Notes: a model not told the origin generated them from the letters alone. A DNA stretch of 64,000 nucleotides from an uncultured Acidobacteriota bacterium (GCA_963805975.1 CAWDVR010000002.1:448001-512000), one strand, 5' to 3'. Counted from the first letter of the stretch, positions 1 to 10,563 are shown. Made by a program: numbers and translations.

Positions 1-380
1 CTCTCGGCCAGCTCCGGTGGCCGCGGCGCGACCTCGGCCAACCTAGTGCCCGGCACCCAGGTCAGCATCCAGACCCGCCGCTCCTCACCTGCCAGGGTGA
101 CCACGGTCACTTGTTTCCCGGCGCGGCTCGCCACCACGCGCGGCAGGGTGAGCGCCGGGGCCCGTTCGGCCAGATGGGCCAGCGCCGCGGCTTGCACCTC
201 GACCAGGCCGGCCTCGCGATGCGCGGCCATCACCTTCAGCACCCGCTCCTCGCCGGAGGAGGTCCGCAGGTGGAAGTTGTCATCGTGCTCGCCCGGCAGC
301 CGGCGAGCAGTCCCTTCGAGCCCGTAGAGCTCGGCGGCGAGGCGAACGGCGGTGGAGTCGGAGAGGGACGAGTCTGGCAT
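1..380 (-). CDS. Phosphotransferase (APH/hydroxylysine-kinase-like), N-terminal part; runs off window start
   Basis: Not in ORF track; hand translation from ATG at 380: MPDSSLSDSTAVRLAAELYGLEGTARRLPGEHDDNFHLRTSSGEERVLKV...LPRVVASRAG...RVWMLTWVPG, typical APH-family N-lobe. Confidence 0.7.
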   Translation of the reverse strand, partial: MPDSSLSDSTAVRLAAELYGLEGTARRLPGEHDDNFHLRTSSGEERVLKVMAAHREAGLVEVQAAALAHLAERAPALTLPRVVASRAGKQVTVVTLAGEERRVWMLTWVPGTRLAEVAPRPPELAE

Positions 381-409
381 GACCAAAGATCGCACGCACC
401 CAGAGGAAT

Positions 410-499
410 TGTCATCCTGAGCGAAGCGAAGGATCTGGCAGGGGGGAAAGTCTGGCTACCGCGCCCTCCGCCAGATCCCTCGCTGCGCTAGGGATGACA
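410..499. repeat. Palindromic REP-like element, family A (GTCATCCTGAGCGNAGCGAAGGATCT pair)
   Basis: Arms 410-439 and 470-499 are imperfect inverted repeats; same unit recurs at 29388-29448. Confidence 0.85.
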
Positions 500-557
500 C
501 CCCTTGTCTCGTGGGGTCTGGCCTGCCAGTGGCCAGCCCGGACGGCTCTATGCCGCG

Positions 558-1154
558 CTAGCCGGCTGCCTCTCCTAGCGCTTCCACGGTGCGCGTGAGC
601 TGGGCGACGTGCTCGAGGGTGTGGGCACGGAGGGCCTGCGCGAAGGCCTTGGCGTCGAGCTCGGCGAGCCATTCGACGGGAGCGAGCGAGCCGTCAGCCT
701 GCTCGGCCTTGACCACCATGACGATCGGCGCCCGTGGCGGCGACGGCGGCAGCTCGTCCGGCAGCCGGTCGATCAGGCGGAGCAGGTCGGCGTGGATGCC
801 GCGGAGAGCGCCGTAAAGCTCGTCCCAGGCGCGGGTCAGAGGCATGGCGGACTGCAAGCCGGCGGGGATGGCGCCGGTCGTGGGGCGCCTGCCCTCGAGC
901 AGCGCAGCGAGCTGTACCGCCGCCGGCCGGTGGCTCTCCACCAAATGGTCCAGGATCTCCTGCGGCGACCAGCGCTCCGGTGCCGGCGCCTGGCGATGGA
1001 GATCGCCCGGCACGGCGGCGAGCAGATCCTCCATCCGCGCGAAGGTCTCCGCAGCCTGCCGGCGGATCGCCGCCGCCGGGGCCTCGGTGCCCTTGCGGCG
1101 CAGGTAGTCCATCGCCTTCTGCTGTTCGGGGAGAAGGATCGGGCCGTCCATCAT
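558..1154 (-). CDS. DinB-superfamily protein
   Basis: WSPQEILDHL...AHTLEHVAQL (W-S..H..H-xxx-H pattern); ATGA overlap with rlmB stop. Confidence 0.75.
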   Translation of the reverse strand: MMDGPILLPEQQKAMDYLRRKGTEAPAAAIRRQAAETFARMEDLLAAVPGDLHRQAPAPERWSPQEILDHLVESHRPAAVQLAALLEGRRPTTGAIPAGLQSAMPLTRAWDELYGALRGIHADLLRLIDRLPDELPPSPPRAPIVMVVKAEQADGSLAPVEWLAELDAKAFAQALRAHTLEHVAQLTRTVEALGEAAG

Positions 1155-1894
1155 TCCTCCTGGCTCGGGGCTGGAGGCGAAGAGTGCCGCTGCCGCACGG
1201 CCTCGTACAGCACCGCGGCGGCGGCGGTCGCGAGGTTCAGGGACTCGACCCGCCCTCGCATGGGCAGGCCGATCGCGCGGTCCGCGCGCTTGCGGGTGAG
1301 CGAGCGCAGGCCCTTCTCCTCGCCGCCGAAGCAGAGCACCACCTTGCCTCGGAGATCCACCTCCCAGGGGGGATCGCCACCCGCCGCCACGGCATAGACC
1401 CAGTACCCGTCCTCCTGCAGCTCTTCGATGGCGCGGGCGCTGTTGGTGATCCGCTCGCTGGGCAGCCACTCGGCGGCGCCTGCCGAGGTCTTGGCCACGG
1501 TGGGCGAGAGCGGCGCCGAGCCGCGGTCGCGGATCAGCACCCGGCCGACGCCGGCGCCTTCGCAGACGCGCAGCAGGGCGCCCAGGTTGCGGGGGTCCTG
1601 CACGTCCTCGACGAGGACGACGAGGTGGGGGTCGCCGGCGGGTTCTCCAGTCACGTCCCGGGCATCGGGGGCCGCGGCTCGCAGCTCGGCCACGAAGCCG
1701 TTGTGGACGGCGCCGGCCAGCTCCTCGAGCAGCTTGTCCGATGCGGTTTCGAGAGGAACGTGGTGCCGCCGGGAGAGCTCTTCGATCTCGGCGCGGCGGG
1801 CGCCGCTTCTCGAGGCGGCGACGTAGACGCGGCTCAGATCCTGCGGCCGGTGCCGCAGGGCCTCGCGGACGGGATGGAAGCCGAAGACGCGCAA
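1151..1894 (-). CDS. rlmB: 23S rRNA (Gm2251)-methyltransferase, TrmH/SpoU family
   Basis: GFHPVREAL, QDPRNLGALLR, GGEEKGL, ESLNLATA SPOUT motifs. Confidence 0.9.
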   Translation of the reverse strand: MRVFGFHPVREALRHRPQDLSRVYVAASRSGARRAEIEELSRRHHVPLETASDKLLEELAGAVHNGFVAELRAAAPDARDVTGEPAGDPHLVVLVEDVQDPRNLGALLRVCEGAGVGRVLIRDRGSAPLSPTVAKTSAGAAEWLPSERITNSARAIEELQEDGYWVYAVAAGGDPPWEVDLRGKVVLCFGGEEKGLRSLTRKRADRAIGLPMRGRVESLNLATAAAAVLYEAVRQRHSSPPAPSQEE

Positions 1895-1952
1895 GAGACC
1901 TGCTCTCTCGAAGGGCTCGTCGAGGACGCGTCAGCGTGCGACGGCGGCCGGA

Positions 1953-2032
1953 TGGATTCCCGCCTTCGCGGGAATGACTTGCTGGGAGAGGCGCCTTCGC
2001 CGAAACGTCATCCCCGCGCAAGCGAGGATCCA
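1953..2032. repeat. Palindromic REP-like element, family B (GTCATTCCCGCGAAGGCGGGAATCCA pair)
   Basis: 1953-1978 TGGATTCCCGCCTTCGCGGGAATGAC and inverted 2007-2032 GTCATCCCCGCGCAAGCGAGGATCCA. Confidence 0.85.
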
Positions 2033-2039
2033 CTCTGAA

Positions 2040-2594
2040 TCAATGCTCGAGGATCTGGCCTTCCTTGGCCTCGAGCGAGTGGTTGACCTCGCCGATGTAG
2101 TGGTCGTGGAGCTTCTGGATCTCTTCCAGGCCGCGGCGCTCGTCGTCCTGGCCGATCTCCTTGTCCTTTTCCTTCTTCTTGAGCTTCTCGTTGCCTTCGC
2201 GCCGGGCGTGCCGCACCGCGTTGCGCGCGTGCTCGGCCATGTCGTGCGCCCGCTTGACCAGCTCCTTGCGGCGCTCCTCGGTGAGCGGCGGCACCGGGAT
2301 GCGGACGACGCGGCCGTCGTTCGAAGGGTTGAGGCCGAGGTCGGCCTTCATGATGGCGCGTTCGATGGAGGCGATCTGCGACGGGTCCCACGGCTGGGCC
2401 AGGATCATGCCGGCGTCGGCCACCGAGAGGGTGGCGAGCTGGTTGATCGGCGTCGGCGTTCCGTAGTAGTCGACCACGACGCCGTCGAGCAACGAGATCG
2501 ACGCCCGGCCGGTGCGGATCGTTTTCAGCTCGTGGTGGAGGTGCTCCACCGCGTGCTTCATCTGGATCTCGATCTCCCGGAATAGCTCTTTCAC
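2040..2594 (-). CDS. frr: Ribosome recycling factor
   Basis: IRTGRAS, DYYGTPTPINQLA, LGLNPSNDG, PPLTEERRKELVK. Confidence 0.97.
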   Translation of the reverse strand: MKELFREIEIQMKHAVEHLHHELKTIRTGRASISLLDGVVVDYYGTPTPINQLATLSVADAGMILAQPWDPSQIASIERAIMKADLGLNPSNDGRVVRIPVPPLTEERRKELVKRAHDMAEHARNAVRHARREGNEKLKKKEKDKEIGQDDERRGLEEIQKLHDHYIGEVNHSLEAKEGQILEH

Positions 2595-2692
2595 GATTCC
2601 TCCCCCGCCGGCCTCCTCGGCCGCATGGTCCTATGGCGCCAAGGATAGCGAAACCGCGCCCGTGCGGGCCACTCCGAGGCCGATCGGCCTTG

Positions 2693-3415
2693 CTAGCCTT
2701 CGACGACCACGCTGCCCACGGTCTCGCCGCACACCACCCGCCGGATGTTGCCCGGCGTCATGAGGTTGAAGACCGCGATCGGGATGTGGTTCTCCCGGCA
2801 CAGGCTGATCGCCGCCGCGTCCATGACGCGCAGGTTCCTCTCCAGCACCTGCTGGTAGGTCAGCTTCGGCAACAGCTGCGCCTGCGGGTCGAGGTTGGGG
2901 TCCGCGGTGTAGATGCCGTCGACCTGCGTCGCCTTGAGCAGCACCTCGGCGTGGATCTCGTTGGCGCGCAGCGCCGCCGCCGAGTCGGTGGTGAAGAACG
3001 GGTTGCCGGTGCCGGCGCCGAAGATCACCACGCGCCCCTTCTCCAGGTGGCGGATGGCCCGCCGGCGGACGAAGGGCTCGGCCACGGCGCGGATGTCGAT
3101 CGCGGTCTGGACCCGGGTGGTGACGCCCCGCTTCTCGAGCGCGTCCTGGAGGGCCAGGGCGTTGATCACCGTCGCCAGCATCCCCATGTGATCGCCGGTC
3201 ACGCGGTCGATGCCGCGGTGACTGGCGGCGAGGCCACGGATGATGTTGCCGCCGCCGATGACGATTGCGATCTCGACGCCCAGGGCGTGCACCTCGCGCA
3301 CCTCGTCGGCAATCGTCACCACCACCGGCTCGTCGATGCCAAACCTCTGCTCGCCCATCAGGGCTTCGCCCGAGAGCTTCAGCAGCACGCGCCGGTACAC
3401 CGGGGCCTCGCCCAA
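2693..3415 (-). CDS. pyrH: UMP kinase
   Basis: [33 protein letters not shown]. Confidence 0.97.
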   Translation of the reverse strand: MGEAPVYRRVLLKLSGEALMGEQRFGIDEPVVVTIADEVREVHALGVEIAIVIGGGNIIRGLAASHRGIDRVTGDHMGMLATVINALALQDALEKRGVTTRVQTAIDIRAVAEPFVRRRAIRHLEKGRVVIFGAGTGNPFFTTDSAAALRANEIHAEVLLKATQVDGIYTADPNLDPQAQLLPKLTYQQVLERNLRVMDAAAISLCRENHIPIAVFNLMTPGNIRRVVCGETVGSVVVEG

Positions 3416-3419
3416 AGCT

Positions 3420-4070
<651 letters not shown>

Positions 4071-4099
4071 TGCGCTCGATCCTCTCGCTGTTGCTGGAC

Positions 4100-4152
4100 A
4101 AAAGAAAAGGTCAGCTCGGGGGGAGGGACTCGTCCCTCGCTCGACTGACCTT
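4100..4152 (-). terminator. Intrinsic terminator/attenuator-like hairpin between rpsB and tsf
   Basis: Minus strand AAGGTCAG...GAGGGAC-GA-GTCCCTC...CTGACCTT followed by TTCTTTTG; preceded by a perfect 14-bp hairpin at 4160-4192. Confidence 0.6.
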
Positions 4153-4201
4153 CCCGCCGCGGCCTGCCGCACGAGAACCGTGCGGCAGGCCGGGAAATTC
4201 T

Positions 4202-4978
4202 TTAGGCCGGCGCGGCGGCGGCCGCAGCCGGCGGCGGCGCGGCAACCACCGCGGCCGGGGCCGCTCTGCGCTCCCGGCTCTCTGCGACGCCACGCTCGAA
4301 CTCGCGGGTGCCGTCCAAGTAAGCGTCCGCGACCTTGGAGGCGAAGAGGCGGATGGCGCGGATCGCGTCGTCGTTGCCCGGGATCACGTAGTCGATCAGC
4401 TCCGGGTCGCAGTTGGTGTCGACGATGGCGATCACCGGCACGCCGAGCCGGTTGGCCTCGGCGATGGCGATCGACTCCTTCTTGGGGTCGACCACGAACA
4501 GCGCATCCGGCAGCTCCTGCATGTCGCGGATGCCGTCCAGGTTGCGCACCATCTTCTGCTGCTCGCGCTCGAAGCGCAGGCGCTCCTTCTTGGAGAGCGG
4601 CGAGTCGATGTCCGACAGGCGGGCCTCGGTCTCCTTCAAGCGCTGGATCGAGGCGCGCAGGGTGACGAAGTTGGTCAGCGTGCCGCCCAGCCAGCGATGG
4701 GTGACGAAGAAGCCGCCGCAGCGCCGCGCCTCCTCGGCGATCGCTTCCTGGGCCTGGCGCTTGGTGCCCACGAACAGGATGCGCTTGCCCTCGGCGGCGA
4801 GACCGTGGGCGAAATCCAGGGCCTCCTGGGTCAGCTTCAGGGTGCGCTGCAGGTCGATGATGTAGATGCCGTTGCGCTTGCCGAAGATGTAAGGCTTCAT
4901 CTTCGGGTTCCAGCGCCGCGTCTGATGCCCGAAGTGGACGCCCGCCTCGAGCAGCTCCTGCATGGTGATGTCAGCCAA
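4202..4978 (-). CDS. rpsB: 30S ribosomal protein S2
   Basis: [45 protein letters not shown]. Confidence 0.98.
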   Translation of the reverse strand: MADITMQELLEAGVHFGHQTRRWNPKMKPYIFGKRNGIYIIDLQRTLKLTQEALDFAHGLAAEGKRILFVGTKRQAQEAIAEEARRCGGFFVTHRWLGGTLTNFVTLRASIQRLKETEARLSDIDSPLSKKERLRFEREQQKMVRNLDGIRDMQELPDALFVVDPKKESIAIAEANRLGVPVIAIVDTNCDPELIDYVIPGNDDAIRAIRLFASKVADAYLDGTREFERGVAESRERRAAPAAVVAAPPPAAAAAAPA

Positions 4979-5008
4979 AACGCTCTCCTCTCGACACTTG
5001 CTGCCCGG

Positions 5009-5401
5009 TTACCGCTTACTGAACTGGAAGCGCTTGCGGGCGCCCTTCTGACCGTACTTCTTGCGTTCCTTCTTGCGCGGGTCGCGGGTCAGGAAGCCCG
5101 CGCCCTTGAGGCGCTCGCGCAGCTCGCCGTTGAAGATGCAGAGCGCGCGGGAGATGCCGTGGCGGATGGCGCCGGCCTGGCCGCTCGCGCCGCCCCCCTC
5201 GACCGAGGCCTGGATGTCGAACTTCTCGGCCGTCTCGGTCAGGAGCAACGGCTGCCTGATGATCATCTTCAGCACGTCGTTGGGGAAAAAGACGTCGAAG
5301 CCGCGGCCGTTCACCGTCAGCTCACCGGTTCCAGGCCGCAGGTAGACACGCGCCGACGCGGTCTTGCGGCGCCCGGTGCCGTAGTACTGAACCTCGCTCA
5401 A
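5009..5401 (-). CDS. rpsI: 30S ribosomal protein S9
   Basis: [14 protein letters not shown] ... [19 protein letters not shown]. Confidence 0.98.
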   Translation of the reverse strand: MSEVQYYGTGRRKTASARVYLRPGTGELTVNGRGFDVFFPNDVLKMIIRQPLLLTETAEKFDIQASVEGGGASGQAGAIRHGISRALCIFNGELRERLKGAGFLTRDPRKKERKKYGQKGARKRFQFSKR

Positions 5402-5431
5402 GACAATCTCCTCGTGTGCCTCGGCAGAGGC

Positions 5432-5908
5432 TTAGGCCAGGGCGGCCGTGAAGCCGCTCGCGGCCAGGACGGCGCCCTCGAGATGGGCTGGTTTCTGGGC
5501 GGCGTGCGGATGCTCCGGGCCGGCGTAGACCTTGAGCTTCTTCAACTGGTGGCGGCCCAGCTTGTTCTTCGGCAGCATGCCCTTGACGGATTCCTCGACG
5601 ATCTTCACCGGCCGGCGCTGGCGCAGCTTGCCGGCGGTCTCGCGGTGCATCTTGCCGGGCTGGCCGCTGTGGCGGTAGTAGACCTTCTGCTCTTCCTTGC
5701 GGCCGGAGAGCGTGACTTGGTCGGCGTTGACCACGATCACGAAGTCACCGACGTCGAAATGCGGCGCGTAGGTGGGCTTGTGCTTGCCGGTGAGGATCTT
5801 CGCGACCTGCGAGGAGAGGCGGCCGAGAGTCACGCCGGAGGCGTCGACGACGTACCAGCTCCGCTCCGCGCCGGGGTCGGATGGCTTCGGGGTGTAAGTC
5901 TTCTGCAT
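5432..5908 (-). CDS. rplM: 50S ribosomal protein L13
   Basis: [41 protein letters not shown]; start ATG 5908. Confidence 0.97.
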   Translation of the reverse strand: MQKTYTPKPSDPGAERSWYVVDASGVTLGRLSSQVAKILTGKHKPTYAPHFDVGDFVIVVNADQVTLSGRKEEQKVYYRHSGQPGKMHRETAGKLRQRRPVKIVEESVKGMLPKNKLGRHQLKKLKVYAGPEHPHAAQKPAHLEGAVLAASGFTAALA

Positions 5909-5978
5909 TGAGATCGATCTCCGTAGGACATACCAAGGGGGCAAACAGAGTCCGCCCCTCGCGGCGCGAAGAGCCGGG

Positions 5979-6008
5979 ATGTTAGAGCCGGGCCAGGGGG
6001 ATTGTCAA
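5979..6008 (-). promoter_or_regulatory. Putative sigma70 promoter of the rplM operon
   Basis: Minus strand TTGACA (6008-6003), 18 bp spacer, TAACAT (5984-5979). Confidence 0.55.
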
Positions 6009-6079
6009 CCCGAGCTACACCCCAAGGACCAAATTCGGGCTCCTGGCTCCGATCCGGGATCGAAGTACACTCCCCGCCC

Positions 6080-6812
6080 ATGGCGGAGGCGCGGACGCTC
6101 GACAAGAGCGGCAAGACGATCCAGGCGATGTTTGCCGGGGTGGCGCCACGGTACGACTTCCTGAACCGGCTGCTGTCGGCCCGGATGGACGGCTTCTGGC
6201 GACGCGCGGCGGCGCGCGCCGTGGGCGCCGGGCCCGGCCGGGAGATCCTCGATCTCTGCTGCGGCACGGGGGACCAGGCGGTGGCCATGCGCCGCCGGGG
6301 CGCGCGGGTGGTGGCCGCCGACTTCTGCCTGCCGATGCTCGCCATCGCCCAGGGCAAGCTCGCCCATCACGAAACGGCACGGCCCAGGCTCGCCACGGCG
6401 GACGCCCTGTCGCTCCCCTTCGCGAGCGGGCGCTTCTCCGGCGTCACGGTCTCCTTCGGCCTGCGCAACGTGGCCGACCTCGACCGCGCGCTCGTCCGAG
6501 ATCCACCGTGTGCTCGCCCCCGGCGGGCGGCTGGTGGTGCTCGAGCCCGGCGTGCCGCGCAACGCCCTGATCCGCGGCCCCTACATGTTCTATTTCACGC
6601 GCATCCTGCCGCGGATCGGCGCGCTGCTCTCGCCGCGCGGCTCGGCCTATTCCTACCTGCCGAGCTCGGTGCTCGACTTCCCGCTGCGGGACGGGTTCAC
6701 CGCGAGGTTGAAGCGCGTCGGTTTCGCCACGGCCGAGTGGCGGGACCTGACCGCCGGCACGGTCTGTCTTTACGTCGGAAGAAAAGCGGACGTTGGGAGG
6801 AAGGCGACATGA
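6080..6812 (+). CDS. menG: Demethylmenaquinone methyltransferase (UbiE/MenG), split by a one-base insertion near 6494-6497
   Basis: MFAGVAPRYDFLNRLLS, LDLCCGTGD, SFGLRNVAD then, in the next frame, EIHRVLAPGGRLVVLE...AYSYLPSSV; probable sequencing indel. Confidence 0.85.
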
Positions 6813-7747
6813 GCACGAGCCTCGGGAAGATCCTGGACGGGCAGGCGGTGGCCAACGAGATCCGCGCCGAAGTCGCCGTGCAGGTGGCGGAGCTGGTGGC
6901 GGCCGGCCACCGCGCCCCCGGCCTGGCGGTGGTCCTGGCCGGCGACGACCCGGCCTCGCACGTCTACGTGGGCTCGAAGACCAAGGCCTGCGAGGAGGCC
7001 GGCATGGGGGGGCGCACGATCCTGCTGCCGGCGACAGCCACCGAGGCCGAGGTCGCCGCGGCCGTGGACGAGCTCAACGCGGACGACTCGACCGACGGCA
7101 TCCTGGTGCAGCTCCCGTTGCCCGACGGCATCCCGGAGCGCCGCATCCTGGAGCGGGTCGACCCGGCCAAGGACGTGGACGGCTTCCACAGCGCGAACGT
7201 CGGCCGCATGTGGCTGGGCGAGGACGGCTTCACGCCGGCCACACCCTCCGGGATCATGGAGCTGCTGCACCGCTCAGGGGTCCAGGTCGCGGGCAGCGAG
7301 GCGGTGGTGGTAGGCCGCAGCACGATCGTCGGCAAGCCGATGGCGGCGCTGCTCCTCGCCGCCAACGCCACGGTGACCGTCTGCCACTCCAAGACCCGCG
7401 ACCTCGCCGCGGTCTGCCGGCGGGCGGACATCCTGGTCGCCGCCATCGGTCGCGCCGGGATGATCGGCCCGGACCACGTGCGGGAAGGCGCGGTGGTGAT
7501 CGACGTCGGCACCAGTCGCGTGGCCGAGCGCGCCGAGGTCGAGCGCCTGTTCCCCGGCAACGCCTCGCGCCTCGCGGGGCTCGAGAAGCGGGGCTGGACC
7601 CTGGTGGGGGACGTCGATTTCAACCGCGTCGCCCCCCGCACGTCGGCGATCACCCCGGTGCCGGGCGGGGTCGGCCCGCTGACCGTGGCGATGCTGCTCG
7701 TCAACACGCTCAAGGCCTCGCGCCGCCGGCAGGGGATCGCGGCGTGA
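6809..7747 (+). CDS. folD: Bifunctional methylene-THF dehydrogenase/cyclohydrolase
   Basis: GILVQLPLP, KDVDGFH, GRSTIVGKP, ITPVPGGVGPLTVAML; ATGA overlap with menG stop. Confidence 0.96.
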   Translation: MSTSLGKILDGQAVANEIRAEVAVQVAELVAAGHRAPGLAVVLAGDDPASHVYVGSKTKACEEAGMGGRTILLPATATEAEVAAAVDELNADDSTDGILVQLPLPDGIPERRILERVDPAKDVDGFHSANVGRMWLGEDGFTPATPSGIMELLHRSGVQVAGSEAVVVGRSTIVGKPMAALLLAANATVTVCHSKTRDLAAVCRRADILVAAIGRAGMIGPDHVREGAVVIDVGTSRVAERAEVERLFPGNASRLAGLEKRGWTLVGDVDFNRVAPRTSAITPVPGGVGPLTVAMLLVNTLKASRRRQGIAA

Positions 7748-8346
7748 GGCACCCGAGGATCGGCTTGACCGGGGGCATCGCCGCCGGCAAGTCGACGGTG
7801 GCGAAGCTCCTCGCCGACCAGGGCTTCACGGTGGTCGATGCCGACCGGCTGGTGGCGGAGCTCTACCGGCCCGGCGGAGCGGGCGCAGCGGTGGTCGACG
7901 AACTGTTCGGGGCCGATTTCCTCGACGCCTCGGGGGCCGTGGACCGGAAGCGGGTCGCCGAGCGGATCTTCGCCGACCCGGAGGCGCGGCAGCGGCTCGA
8001 AGCCCGGATCCACCCCCTGGTTCGCGAGCGCTTCGCCGAGATCGCCGCCACAGCCCAAGGCTCGGCCGTGCTCGAGGCCACGCTCCTCGTCGAAGCGGGC
8101 TACGCGCCGGACTTCGACCTGGTGGTCACTGTCGAAGCAAGCGACGCCCTGCGCCGCGAGCGCGCCATCGCCCGCGGCCTCTCCCCCACCGACGCGGACG
8201 CGCGCCAGGCCGCCCTAGGCGGCGGCGAGCAGCGCCGAGCCGCCGCCCACCGGGTGATCGAGAACGAGGGCTCGCGGGAAGACTTGGAGCGGCAGGTCGA
8301 GGATCTGGCGCAGGAGATCCGGCGCATCGAGACGCGGACCGTCTAG
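7744..8346 (+). CDS. coaE: Dephospho-CoA kinase
   Basis: IGLTGGIAAGKSTVA, VVDAD, LEARIHPLVR; GTGA overlap with folD. Confidence 0.93.
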   Translation: MRHPRIGLTGGIAAGKSTVAKLLADQGFTVVDADRLVAELYRPGGAGAAVVDELFGADFLDASGAVDRKRVAERIFADPEARQRLEARIHPLVRERFAEIAATAQGSAVLEATLLVEAGYAPDFDLVVTVEASDALRRERAIARGLSPTDADARQAALGGGEQRRAAAHRVIENEGSREDLERQVEDLAQEIRRIETRTV

Positions 8347-8369
8347 GGGCGCACGGCGTACGCCCCTAC
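8344..8369. repeat. GTAG-type REP-like hairpin between convergent coaE and rdgB
   Basis: TAGGGGCG-9 nt-CGCCCCTA(C); minus strand reads GTAGGGGCG...; stem ends are the two stop codons. Confidence 0.6.
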
Positions 8370-8923
8370 GGCTGGAACCGGAGCTTTTCCACCAGCGCCC
8401 GCCATGCCCGGCCGCGGTGGCTGAGGGCGTCTTTCCTCTCGGCGGGTAGCTCGCCGTAGGTGGCGGTCTCGCCGTCCGGCAAGAACACCGGGTCCCAGCC
8501 GAAGCCGCCGTCGCCCCGCGGCGGCAGCACCAGGGTGCCCTCGGTGATGCCTTCGGCGGTCACGGTGCGCTCGGCATCCCGGTAGAGGAGCGCGCAGCGT
8601 GCCGTGGCGCGGGCATCGCCCAGGGCGAGCGCGGTGCGCGCGATGCCCTCCGGGCCCACCGCCTCGAGCATCCAGCGCACCAAGGGCCCCGGAAAGCCAC
8701 CCAGCGCGGCAAGCTCGAGGCCGGTCTCCTCCACCACCAGCGGCCGACCGAGGTGCCGCCAGGCTTCCTCGCCCTTGGCCTCCAGCACCTCGCCGAGGGA
8801 GAGCGACTGGATCTCCGGCAGGTCGATCTCGACACCCTCGAGGTCGGCACCGACCATCCGCCGCGCCTCTGCGAGCTTGCCGCGGTTGCCGGTAACGAGC
8901 GCGAAGCGCAGCGGAATGCTCAC
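8366..8923 (-). CDS. rdgB: Non-canonical purine NTP pyrophosphatase (Ham1/ITPase)
   Basis: VTGNRGKLAE, LPEIQ, GFPGPLVRW, GFGWDPVF, SHRGRA; GTG start overlapping upstream stop. Confidence 0.9.
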   Translation of the reverse strand: MSIPLRFALVTGNRGKLAEARRMVGADLEGVEIDLPEIQSLSLGEVLEAKGEEAWRHLGRPLVVEETGLELAALGGFPGPLVRWMLEAVGPEGIARTALALGDARATARCALLYRDAERTVTAEGITEGTLVLPPRGDGGFGWDPVFLPDGETATYGELPAERKDALSHRGRAWRALVEKLRFQP

Positions 8924-10563
8924 CAGCACGGCTGCACCCGGAACGCGGCGACGCGCTGGGAAAGGCCCTTCAGGGTGAACTCTCCCAAGGGCTCGGTGGC
9001 GACCGTGCCGCCGAGCAGCCGCTCGGTCTCGCTGCCCAGCACCACGTCGCCGGGGGCCGCCACCTGCTCCTCGAGCCGCGACGCCACGTTCACCACGTTG
9101 CCGATCACGGTGTAGTCCACGCGGCGCGAGCTGCCCATCTCGCCGACCACCACCGGCCCGCTGTTGAGCGCCAGCCGCGCCACGAGCGGCAGTGCCGTGC
9201 CGCGCCGCTGGTTCCAGGCCGCGAGGCCGCGCTGGATCTCGATCGCCGCCCGGACCGCCCGCGCCGCGTGGTCCTCCTGCGCCATGGGTGCGCCGAAGAA
9301 GGCCATCACGCAGTCGCCGATGAACTTGTCGAGCGTGCCGCCGGCGGAAAAGATCGCTTCCACCGCGGTGTCGAAGAAAGCCCCGAGCAGCTCCTCCACC
9401 TCGCCCGGCCGTGCCGTCTCGGCGACCGCCGTGAAGCCCACGAGGTCGGCGAAGAGGACCGTCACCTCCGCCGGCTTGAGACGGGTCAGCACTCCGGTGC
9501 CGCGCTCCTGCCGCATCACCTCTTCGATCACCGACGGCGAGTGGTAGCGCTCCAGGCGCCCCCGCAGGCGCTTCTCGAGCTCGGCACGCTCGGCGAAGCG
9601 CAAGCGCTCGACGGCGACCGCCGCGTAGTTGGCGAGCGCGGTCAGAAAATCGAGGTCGCGCTCGGTGAAGGCGCCGGCACGAAACGGCGTGTCCACCTGC
9701 ACGACGCCGATGATGGTCTCGGCCGACCACAGCGGCACGCACATCGCGGCCCGGATCTTGTGCATTTGGATCGAGTGGCCACTCTGCCAGCGCTCGTCGG
9801 TCTGCGCGTCGAAGGTGATCACCGCCACGCGCTCGTTGATCACCGCGTCGAGCATCGAGCGCGACACCGGCACCTCGCCCTGCGGCCGCCGCACCAGCCG
9901 CTCGCCGGAGCGCGCCAGCTCGCACACCGGCTCGCCCCGTTCGTCGAGCAGCAGGATGAAGCCGCGGTCGATCGGCAGCGCCTCGAAGGCGATCTCGGTG
10001 ACCCGCTCGAGGACCTCCTCGACGCTCTCGGCCTTTTGCAGCAAGGTCGCGAGCCGCGTCAGGAAGCCGAAGATGCGGTTGCCGTACGCCTGGTCGAGCG
10101 CTTCGCGCTTTTCCTGCGAGTGGGCCGCGACCGCCGAGGCGGGAGAGAGGCCGTAGGAGGCGGCGAACTGCGCCAGCGGGCGGACCACGGTACCGTGCGT
10201 CATGTCGAGCACCGAGGCCACGCGACGCGGCGGCGGCGCCTCGGGCGCGGTGGTCGCCGGGGCCGCCGCGGCGACGCGCAGCTCGAAGGCGCCGATGCGC
10301 ACCACGTCGCCCGCCGCCAGGCGCGCCTGCGCCCGCGCCTCGCCGTTGACGTAGACGCCGTTGGTGCTGCCCTGGTCCTCGATCTCCCAGGCACCGCGGC
10401 GCCACACGAGCTTGGCGTGACGACGCGAGACCGAGGCATCGGCGAGCACGATCGAGCTGTCCGTGCCGCGGCCGATCGAGACCTCGCTGCCGGCCAGCGG
10501 ATAGACGCGCGGCTGGCCGGCGACCAGGCGCTCAAGGCTCCAGGCGATGGCGTCCGGGGTCAC
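8920..10563 (-). CDS. FHA-GAF-class III adenylate/guanylate cyclase
   Basis: FHA (IGRG, VSRRHA, GSTNG), GAF (AMCVPLW), cyclase (FADLVGFT, DKFIGDCVMAFFG, DYTVIGNVVNVASRLE); K/D residues point to ATP specificity. Confidence 0.9.
   Translation of the reverse strand: MTPDAIAWSLERLVAGQPRVYPLAGSEVSIGRGTDSSIVLADASVSRRHAKLVWRRGAWEIEDQGSTNGVYVNGEARAQARLAAGDVVRIGAFELRVAAAAPATTAPEAPPPRRVASVLDMTHGTVVRPLAQFAASYGLSPASAVAAHSQEKREALDQAYGNRIFGFLTRLATLLQKAESVEEVLERVTEIAFEALPIDRGFILLLDERGEPVCELARSGERLVRRPQGEVPVSRSMLDAVINERVAVITFDAQTDERWQSGHSIQMHKIRAAMCVPLWSAETIIGVVQVDTPFRAGAFTERDLDFLTALANYAAVAVERLRFAERAELEKRLRGRLERYHSPSVIEEVMRQERGTGVLTRLKPAEVTVLFADLVGFTAVAETARPGEVEELLGAFFDTAVEAIFSAGGTLDKFIGDCVMAFFGAPMAQEDHAARAVRAAIEIQRGLAAWNQRRGTALPLVARLALNSGPVVVGEMGSSRRVDYTVIGNVVNVASRLEEQVAAPGDVVLGSETERLLGGTVATEPLGEFTLKGLSQRVAAFRVQPCW

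Noticed and set aside
6002-7747. Apparent MenG-FolD fusion in the ORF track
   Set aside because: Artefact of the menG frameshift; folD has its own ATG at 6809 overlapping the true menG stop
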